From IMG/VR virus record IMGVR_UViG_3300025575_000011, positions 20,151 through 84,150 of that record: a DNA stretch of 64,000 nt; one strand, given 5' to 3'. This DNA comes from a virus (Duplodnaviria > Caudoviricetes). The position numbers and the translations under genes were made by a program. Below, one piece after another: positions 37,921-44,924 of the stretch (its first letter is position 1; every line of letters begins with the position of its first letter). Under the pieces are notes generated by a model, which was not told where the DNA came from, ran no database searches, and was given only the letters and a program-made list of their open reading frames with translations.

Positions 37921-39288
37921 TTGATTTATATGGAATTAGTGCCAAAAATAGAATTTTTAATGGAGGGTATGAACATGAGTAGAAAGAATAAAGCACAAGA
38001 AGAAACTGCATCTAGTTCTGAAATGGAGAATGACAGTATTTGGGATAAAGGTACTAGGGATGGTTCAGAAGAACACGAGAACACTGAAGAAAATGCAATG
38101 CCTAAGTTAATGAGTTTGAGCGAAAAGACAAAAATGGAAGAGCAAGAAACTGAATCAGATAGTCAAGAGAAAAATGAAAAACAATTAAAAGCAGAAGCAA
38201 AGTTAAAACGAGAAGAGAATAAAATGTTTAAGGAATTAACTAAACAAGACAATAAAGAATGGGAATTTGAGAATGTTTATCCAGTTTATCGTAATGGAAA
38301 AATTCATAAATGGATGACTACTTTAACTTCTGAGAGGATTAATGATCTTTTCAAATCCGGGGTAATTTACTATGATTACGAGATCCAAAGAGGCTACCGT
38401 AAAAATATACAAGGAGAAAAGAGACCCCTTATAACAAACCGTCACGTAGACGATATCTTAAAACCTATGCAATCTGGGAAAATTGCAGGAGGTGCTTTGA
38501 CTTTCTGTTACTTTAAAGAGTATGAAGAAGAGTTGGAGTATAATGAGGAAGAAAATACTTTAAAAGTAAACAACAGATTAGCTGTGGTAGATGGTGGTCA
38601 CAGGGTTTTCAGTTGCATCAAGATGGTCAAATTAAATAAAAAGGACAAATCTAATCCAAATCCTGCATTATTTGAATATCCCGTGTTTTTAGAATTTTTG
38701 TCAAGGGAAGAAGCTATGGCATTGTTCAGTGAATACGCAAACGCAGGAAAGAAAATTGGGAAAAATAAAGCAGAAGCATTAAATGTTTTCGACCCTTCGC
38801 ATGATATGGCAAAAGAAATTATTATTAATTCAGAACTACACAATAAGATAGAAACAATAAGTTCTAATCCTAAAGAAAACAATATCATGCTTTTTAGCAC
38901 ACTTATGAACGGTATTAGAATTTTTAAACCACAGACCCAAAAGGATTCAGACCAAATTGTCGAATTCCTATCAAAGTTCTGGTCTGAATTGATTTATCTA
39001 TTTAAAGATCAAATGGGTAATATGGAATTCAAACAGCGGAGGGAAATTCGGAAACAGACATTTTTGCTTGAACCGATGTTTCTTAATGGATTCTTCCATG
39101 TAGCTAAATATCTAATGGATAATCCTGAAAATTGGGTTGAGAAACTAAGTAAATTAAAAGATGATAAAATTTTCTTCTCAAGAGACAATAAACTTTGGCT
39201 AAATATTCTCAGAGAAGGTGGGAAGACAATCCACACAAGTCTTACGCAAACCTTCGTAATTGATGAAATGGTCAATAAAGTAAAGTAA
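37921..39288 (+). CDS. DGQHR/DndB-like (ParB/Srx-fold) protein with acidic N-terminus
   Basis: YDYEIQRG, LAVVDGGHR, LFSEYAN; true start probably 37969. Confidence 0.65.
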   Translation: MIYMELVPKIEFLMEGMNMSRKNKAQEETASSSEMENDSIWDKGTRDGSEEHENTEENAMPKLMSLSEKTKMEEQETESDSQEKNEKQLKAEAKLKREENKMFKELTKQDNKEWEFENVYPVYRNGKIHKWMTTLTSERINDLFKSGVIYYDYEIQRGYRKNIQGEKRPLITNRHVDDILKPMQSGKIAGGALTFCYFKEYEEELEYNEEENTLKVNNRLAVVDGGHRVFSCIKMVKLNKKDKSNPNPALFEYPVFLEFLSREEAMALFSEYANAGKKIGKNKAEALNVFDPSHDMAKEIIINSELHNKIETISSNPKENNIMLFSTLMNGIRIFKPQTQKDSDQIVEFLSKFWSELIYLFKDQMGNMEFKQRREIRKQTFLLEPMFLNGFFHVAKYLMDNPENWVEKLSKLKDDKIFFSRDNKLWLNILREGGKTIHTSLTQTFVIDEMVNKVK

Positions 39289-39301
39289 AAGGGATAAAAA
39301 A

Positions 39302-39340
39302 AAGAGTTATGCAGTCCATTTTAAGGATTGCATAACTCTT
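39302..39340. terminator. bidirectional terminator between convergent genes
   Basis: AAGAGTTATGCAGTCC...GGATTGCATAACTCTT. Confidence 0.8.
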
Positions 39341-39379
39341 TAGTATTCACCTCGTATAGACGTTTAATTTACTATTTTA

Positions 39380-40462
39380 TCAAATTAGACATATCCATCC
39401 TTGAGCCCTTTTATATGTTACAATATTTTTAATAATAGCTTGTTTAACGGAATACATTATTGACAACTCTTCTAATGTGCAATTTTCATTCTCGTATTTA
39501 TATCTTATTTCTGCAAGTTGTTCAGAAGTATATTTAACCCTTGTATCAACAGGTTTTGATTTAATAGGTTTTGGCTTAATTATCTTTGGTTTATGTTTTA
39601 CGACGACAACAATATCTTCGAACTCTCCATTATTATATCTTACTTTAAATTCATCAAATTGATCAGGTGTATTATCATCTCCATAAATCTTGTGATACAT
39701 ACTATGTATGCTCTTTGATAAACAAACCCCTAAAGGATATTTGGCATGTATCCTAATACTAACTTGTTTTAATAAATCTAATTCCTCATTTGTATATTCA
39801 CCAATTATTGTATGGATAGGAAGGTTACATTCTTCAATTATTTCCTTTAACATTTTATTAAATGAGTATAGATGGTGTATAGCGTGAAATCCATTGCCTG
39901 TAACTACACATTTATAATTACAGTCTGCCATTGAATCTTTCTTCCATTTACCAATATATTCCCTTAGATAAGTATTTAAAAAAGATGTTCCTCCCTTCCA
40001 AGACGGAGCACCTTCACCAACTCTGTAATCCAAATAGCAATATAAACATCCTTCACCTTTCTTATTGTTTCCAAATATGAGGTTGTTTACTGATTTATGT
40101 TGAATAACATCTGGATGCTTTGGACAAATGTAGTCCATAAGGACTGAACAATTAACATATACTTGCGGTAGCAAAGTTAGTCCTCTCTTTGCAAATTCCT
40201 CAAATGCTATTTCATATGTATATTTTCTATATTTTCTAAATAATTCACATCCTATATATACAAGAAATTCATTATATGTTGTTACATCTAAACTAGAACA
40301 ATTATTTATGAACCAGTGAACTTGAGGCAATCCAAAATCGTGTCTATTCAACTCGGTAGATGTTAAAGTTTTCCCTAATTCCTTACATGCCTTTTTAAAA
40401 TCTACTACATATTCTTCATATGGTTTTATAGGTTTGAATTGTTGTGATCTAGACATTAACAA
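39380..40462 (-). CDS. free-standing HNH homing endonuclease
   Basis: WKGG, CVVTG...AIHHL, GVCLSKSIHSMYHKIYG; C-terminal HTH. Confidence 0.8.
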   Translation of the reverse strand: MLMSRSQQFKPIKPYEEYVVDFKKACKELGKTLTSTELNRHDFGLPQVHWFINNCSSLDVTTYNEFLVYIGCELFRKYRKYTYEIAFEEFAKRGLTLLPQVYVNCSVLMDYICPKHPDVIQHKSVNNLIFGNNKKGEGCLYCYLDYRVGEGAPSWKGGTSFLNTYLREYIGKWKKDSMADCNYKCVVTGNGFHAIHHLYSFNKMLKEIIEECNLPIHTIIGEYTNEELDLLKQVSIRIHAKYPLGVCLSKSIHSMYHKIYGDDNTPDQFDEFKVRYNNGEFEDIVVVVKHKPKIIKPKPIKSKPVDTRVKYTSEQLAEIRYKYENENCTLEELSIMYSVKQAIIKNIVTYKRAQGWICLI

Positions 40463-40500
40463 ACATCTCGCTTTCTTTTACTCGCCTAAAATATAAAAAA

Positions 40501-40563
40501 TCAACAGAAACGAGACGCGAGTTGTCTCTAATAATGGAGGATCAATCCATTACCTTCTGTTGA
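40501..40563 (-). ncRNA. candidate three-way-junction leader RNA, copy 1
   Basis: P1 TCAACAGAA/TTCTGTTGA, P2 TAATGGA/TCCATTA, P3 GAGAC/GTCTC. Confidence 0.65.
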
Positions 40564-40634
40564 TAAAAATTACATAATAAAAAGAAGGGTAAAATACCCT
40601 CCTTAAAACTAAACTATATGTATAATATTATATA

Positions 40635-41408
40635 TTAGTTGTTACTATCTTCACTAACTTTACTTAAATGCTCTCTGATTCTTTCATTCGCTAGATTGTA
40701 ATATGTATTGTCTAGTTCAAATCCTATGTAATTACGATTAGTATTTATGCAAGCTATAGCTGTAGTCCCTGAACCCATACAATTGTCTAATATTAAATCT
40801 TCCTCATTAGTATATGTATTGATTAACCATTCAAATAGATTGACTAATTTCTGAGTTGGGTGTAAAAGTTTTTTAGTTCTATCTGCCGTAGAAAATGTCA
40901 CTATACTTTTAGGGTTTTTCAAATTTGAAGTATCATTATGTCTCTTACCGACTGCTATATTTTCTCCCTCATGTATTTGTTTTGTTTTTGTATTTCCTCC
41001 TCTACTCCACATTTTACCCTCTTCCATTTGTGGATTATAGGTAGGTTGTTTCTTGTAAAAAATCTCAATATTTTCATGTTTCTGGAGTGGCTGTTTCTTA
41101 GCTAACATAGGATTTGAAGCACATACCTTATCCCAAATCAATTCATATCTAAATAATTTTGGGTTACTCATTATTAGAGAACTAGTAAAGGGCTGTTTAC
41201 CAAATAAGACTATTGCTCCATTATCCTTAATAACTCTTGTATATTGTTCCCATAATTTATCGAACGGAATAATTGTATCCCATTTACAAGCAGTTGTGCC
41301 ATAAGGTAAGTCACAAAGGATCATGTCAATAGATTTATCTGGAATCAAGCACATTCCCTTTTCTCCAATGCAGTCTTCATTATATATTTTATTTACATTT
41401 AAAATTAT
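40635..41408 (-). CDS. beta-class N4/N6 DNA methyltransferase
   Basis: LCDLPYG, HPTQK, LDNCMGSGTT; N-terminus extends to ATA/ATT at 41408/41405. Confidence 0.9.
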   Translation of the reverse strand: MILNVNKIYNEDCIGEKGMCLIPDKSIDMILCDLPYGTTACKWDTIIPFDKLWEQYTRVIKDNGAIVLFGKQPFTSSLIMSNPKLFRYELIWDKVCASNPMLAKKQPLQKHENIEIFYKKQPTYNPQMEEGKMWSRGGNTKTKQIHEGENIAVGKRHNDTSNLKNPKSIVTFSTADRTKKLLHPTQKLVNLFEWLINTYTNEEDLILDNCMGSGTTAIACINTNRNYIGFELDNTYYNLANERIREHLSKVSEDSNN

Positions 41409-41435
41409 ATATCATCCTTTCATTACCCCAGTTTT

Positions 41436-41750
41436 TTACATGACAACATTAGTTTTTAATAAATCATTTTCTTGGAGAACGCCTTCTAATTCATTATTTA
41501 ATTCACATATTTTATATAATAACTCTTGATTATTAATTAATGATTTATAATATTTATCTTTTATGTCATCCAGTTCAATATTTTTTAATTCCTTACCACA
41601 CCAAGGACAAAATTTGATTTCTACTTTAATACGTTCCCCTGCATAATGCTCTGCTACAAAATAATATTTATCTTTTTTATTGTCGTGCATAATACCCTCA
41701 TCACCAGAGCACGAACTTGTTTCTTGATATTCAATACAATATTCACACAT
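41436..41750 (-). CDS. hypothetical protein (MCEYC...FCPWCG)
   Basis: Zn-ribbon pattern; AAGGAG RBS. Confidence 0.6.
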   Translation of the reverse strand: MCEYCIEYQETSSCSGDEGIMHDNKKDKYYFVAEHYAGERIKVEIKFCPWCGKELKNIELDDIKDKYYKSLINNQELLYKICELNNELEGVLQENDLLKTNVVM

Positions 41751-41827
41751 TTTAAATGAAACACTCCTTATTATATATTATTTATTACTAGACGAATAGA
41801 CAAACCTATCCCTTGTGCATTATGCAT

Positions 41828-42067
41828 TTAGGAATTAATGATAATCTCGGAGTTTACAATTCTTGATCCTTTATGAGATTTAAGTATGTCTTGGACACTA
41901 GTATAAGTATCCCAATGTGATACTCCAGTTGCTAAATTAATTAGATTAACATTATCTGAATTAGATGATTTCCCAACCATATAAAAATCATTACCATATA
42001 ATTGAACGACTATCGGTAATTGTATTTCTTGTTTACTAATATCTTGGATAGTAAGTTTAGTTTTCAT
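41828..42067 (-). CDS. hypothetical protein
   Basis: 79 aa ORF, AAGAGG RBS. Confidence 0.55.
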   Translation of the reverse strand: MKTKLTIQDISKQEIQLPIVVQLYGNDFYMVGKSSNSDNVNLINLATGVSHWDTYTSVQDILKSHKGSRIVNSEIIINS

Positions 42068-42399
42068 TTTGTTTAACCTCTTTCATTTATTTTGTTCCAC
42101 AATATTTAAATATGAATTAAACCCAATTTTTATAGTTCCATATTTCACCCATATATAACAACAATATCAGTACTTATCAACCTCAAATAATCCACAGATA
42201 CAAGGGAATCCAGTTTCTTCATTATATAATTCAGGATTATTTTCTTCTGGATGTCCACAATCAATATCCATAATAGTACATAACCCATTGTCATTATTTT
42301 TACAACTCATATATTATCACCTCACTTCATGATAATTATACTACATATATATAATATACTCAAGATGAATATTATATATATGTAGTAGGTGAGTATTCT

Positions 42400-44238
42400 T
42401 TAATCTTCTTTTCTAATAATAATCTTAGGATAACTCCTAGCAGGACAATCAATATTAAATTTATTCTTAATTTCCTTATTAGCAGTCACCTTAACCAATC
42501 CATAACTATCCAATATCTCCTGAATACTACGTTTCCATTGACTTTCAGTAGTATAATTAACTCTTAAATCCTTCTCTAATACATAACCTTGAGCATCAAT
42601 TCCATCTAAGATATATCGAGCAATTACCAAACTATTATCATTGGATTTTTCTGTAGTCCCTAAATCATTTTCATAAGCATATTGGGGGAATACTCTATTG
42701 GTGAAATCAACTCCAAAGGTTCTTAATAGATACTCTCTAGATAACCCCTTTAAAGACATATTATTTTCTTTTAATACGATTGCAATCTTATTACTTTCCT
42801 CTAATGAATTTACACCATAAGAATCAATACTATAAAAGTTAGTCAATTTCTTATGTTTATATTTCGCTGCAATATGTTTTGCTTTCTTCAAAGTTTCTTC
42901 TGGCAATCTTTCATGTGGGATCTTATTAAGTAAACTCAGTAAAGTAAATAATGTAACACTTTGAGAAACCCTAGTTTTATCCTTTGAGCCGAATATGTCC
43001 ATCAAATTATTCAACGATACAAAGAATAAAGGATTATCATCTAAACTAAAACCCTCATCCTTAACATTCATTTTTGCAAAGTTATTCAATGCTATAAGAT
43101 TAGATTTTCTAGTCCTTATGAGCGAGTGTAGTTGTGGATATATTTCTTTAAATTCATCAGACAATAGCAATTCAATATTCGTATCAAGTATTTCTAATTG
43201 CTCTTTTTGCCATTCAGTTTGTTGTAATTCAATATTGTAAACCTTTTTGATAAATTCAATGGCTTTAACCCTTTTACATTTAGCTAATTTTTCTACTAAT
43301 GATATTATTGTATACTTTGCTTTACATCCAAAACACTTATATATTTGAGTACCATTATCAGTTTCATAGATATGAGCAGAAGGAGTGTCATCCTCATGCA
43401 AAGGAAGAATACAATTCACAGTTCCATATATATTTGTAAACTCTTTTAAGTCAATGCTATTCATATAATTATATACTTCTTGTTTATTAATGCATAAAAC
43501 ATTACTATCTTTATCAATATTGAGTAAAGACTTCATTGTATTTACATCAAGGGATTTAATGGCATCAATATGCGACAAATGCCCCGAAACCGTTGGTACG
43601 AGTGGAGTCTGAGCTTTGGCAATACTGATAGAAGAAGAATTTAGTATATTAGTATTGAGAAAGCTCACAACACCCATAGGAACTGTATTTGAGAGACTTT
43701 TAATACCATTTAATATTTCTTCATATTTATTCATAATATCTTTAACATTTATTCTATTTTCACAATCACATTCTATTAAACCCTTACCACCAAAGAATAA
43801 TCTAGTAGCATCAAAAGTAACTCCATCACTATTAGAGAATAATTCAATTAATAGTTTTTGAAAGTCATTCCTTACATTAATATCAGTGATTATTTCATCA
43901 TTACAAAATACTAATCTAAACTTTTCTTTGTATTCTTTATAGGAAAAAGTCTTATATCCGAATACTGGTTTAATACCTAATTCAATACAATTTTCTAGTT
44001 CACTTTTAATTGTAGTTCCATCATCAAAATCCAAAGCAAATATTTGTTGACTTGACCAATCTGTGTTTTTAGTCCCATTAAGATATGCAGGTTTAAATGT
44101 TGCTCCATTACTTAATAAATTTGCTAATTCCTCAATTTCAATTTCTGTTTGAGATAATCTGTTTTGTATTCCACCTGATTCTTTCCCATTCGGTTTCGTT
44201 GTAAAAGTCTTTTTGTCGAACATGCATTTAATTTTCAT
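42400..44238 (-). CDS. primase-polymerase-like replication protein with CHC2 zinc finger
   Basis: IFALDFDDG, KFRLVF, RLFFGG; CILPLHEDDTPS...YKCFGC. Confidence 0.7.
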   Translation of the reverse strand: MKIKCMFDKKTFTTKPNGKESGGIQNRLSQTEIEIEELANLLSNGATFKPAYLNGTKNTDWSSQQIFALDFDDGTTIKSELENCIELGIKPVFGYKTFSYKEYKEKFRLVFCNDEIITDINVRNDFQKLLIELFSNSDGVTFDATRLFFGGKGLIECDCENRINVKDIMNKYEEILNGIKSLSNTVPMGVVSFLNTNILNSSSISIAKAQTPLVPTVSGHLSHIDAIKSLDVNTMKSLLNIDKDSNVLCINKQEVYNYMNSIDLKEFTNIYGTVNCILPLHEDDTPSAHIYETDNGTQIYKCFGCKAKYTIISLVEKLAKCKRVKAIEFIKKVYNIELQQTEWQKEQLEILDTNIELLLSDEFKEIYPQLHSLIRTRKSNLIALNNFAKMNVKDEGFSLDDNPLFFVSLNNLMDIFGSKDKTRVSQSVTLFTLLSLLNKIPHERLPEETLKKAKHIAAKYKHKKLTNFYSIDSYGVNSLEESNKIAIVLKENNMSLKGLSREYLLRTFGVDFTNRVFPQYAYENDLGTTEKSNDNSLVIARYILDGIDAQGYVLEKDLRVNYTTESQWKRSIQEILDSYGLVKVTANKEIKNKFNIDCPARSYPKIIIRKED

Positions 44239-44281
44239 TATTAATCCATCTCACTTTCTTTTACTCACCTATGTTTATTAG

Positions 44282-44347
44282 GACTAGCAAGACTGTGTGT
44301 GAGTTACACATAATAATGGATGATCAAGTCCATTATCCTTGCTAGTC
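44282..44347 (-). ncRNA. candidate three-way-junction leader RNA, copy 2
   Basis: P1 GACTAGCAAG/CTTGCTAGTC, P2 ATAATGGA/TCCATTAT, P3 TGTGT/ACACA. Confidence 0.65.
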
Positions 44348-44619
44348 ATTTGTGCCAAATTAAGACACACAAAAAACACCTCATTAAGAAGTGCTTTTAA
44401 TCTGCCGTAATTTAATTAATTAGAAAGAGAGGACTATAAAATCCTCTCCAAAACACTAAATTTATGAAATTTTATTACTCATTCCTAAAAAGTACAACTC
44501 CCTATTCATGCACCTTTCAGGGTTTCAATTTAGAACCATTCTAATTAATAATCCATTAAACTTTCAATTTTAAATGGTAATATATTACCTATATTCCAAA
44601 ATTCATGTTTAGTTGAGAA

Positions 44620-44919
44620 TTACATCTTAACTAAAGCTTCCCCGTAGATGGTTTCCACAGATTTTGATGGATCAACATTATTATCAGGTAATAGTGGTGC
44701 AATTTCCATTTTAAAAACCACTTTGGAATAGCAATCTGGCTCTAAAAACACCCACACCTGTCCAGTCGTGCTATCACTTAAAGCGTCACCAGAAGCAATT
44801 ATGCTTTTATCTGCATACTTTATATGTTCATATGTAGCACTAACAAATTCAAACTTACTACCACTAACTGATTTTACGATTATGCCACAATCTTTCTTTT
44901 CGCCTAATGTAAAATTCAT
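44620..44919 (-). CDS. small beta-rich structural/accessory protein
   Basis: 99 aa, last gene of the appendage module. Confidence 0.55.
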   Translation of the reverse strand: MNFTLGEKKDCGIIVKSVSGSKFEFVSATYEHIKYADKSIIASGDALSDSTTGQVWVFLEPDCYSKVVFKMEIAPLLPDNNVDPSKSVETIYGEALVKM

Positions 44920-44924
44920 TTCAA

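Noticed and set aside
37921-39288. Complete Dnd phosphorothioation system
   Set aside because: No dndA/C/D/E-like neighbours; the gene is monocistronic.
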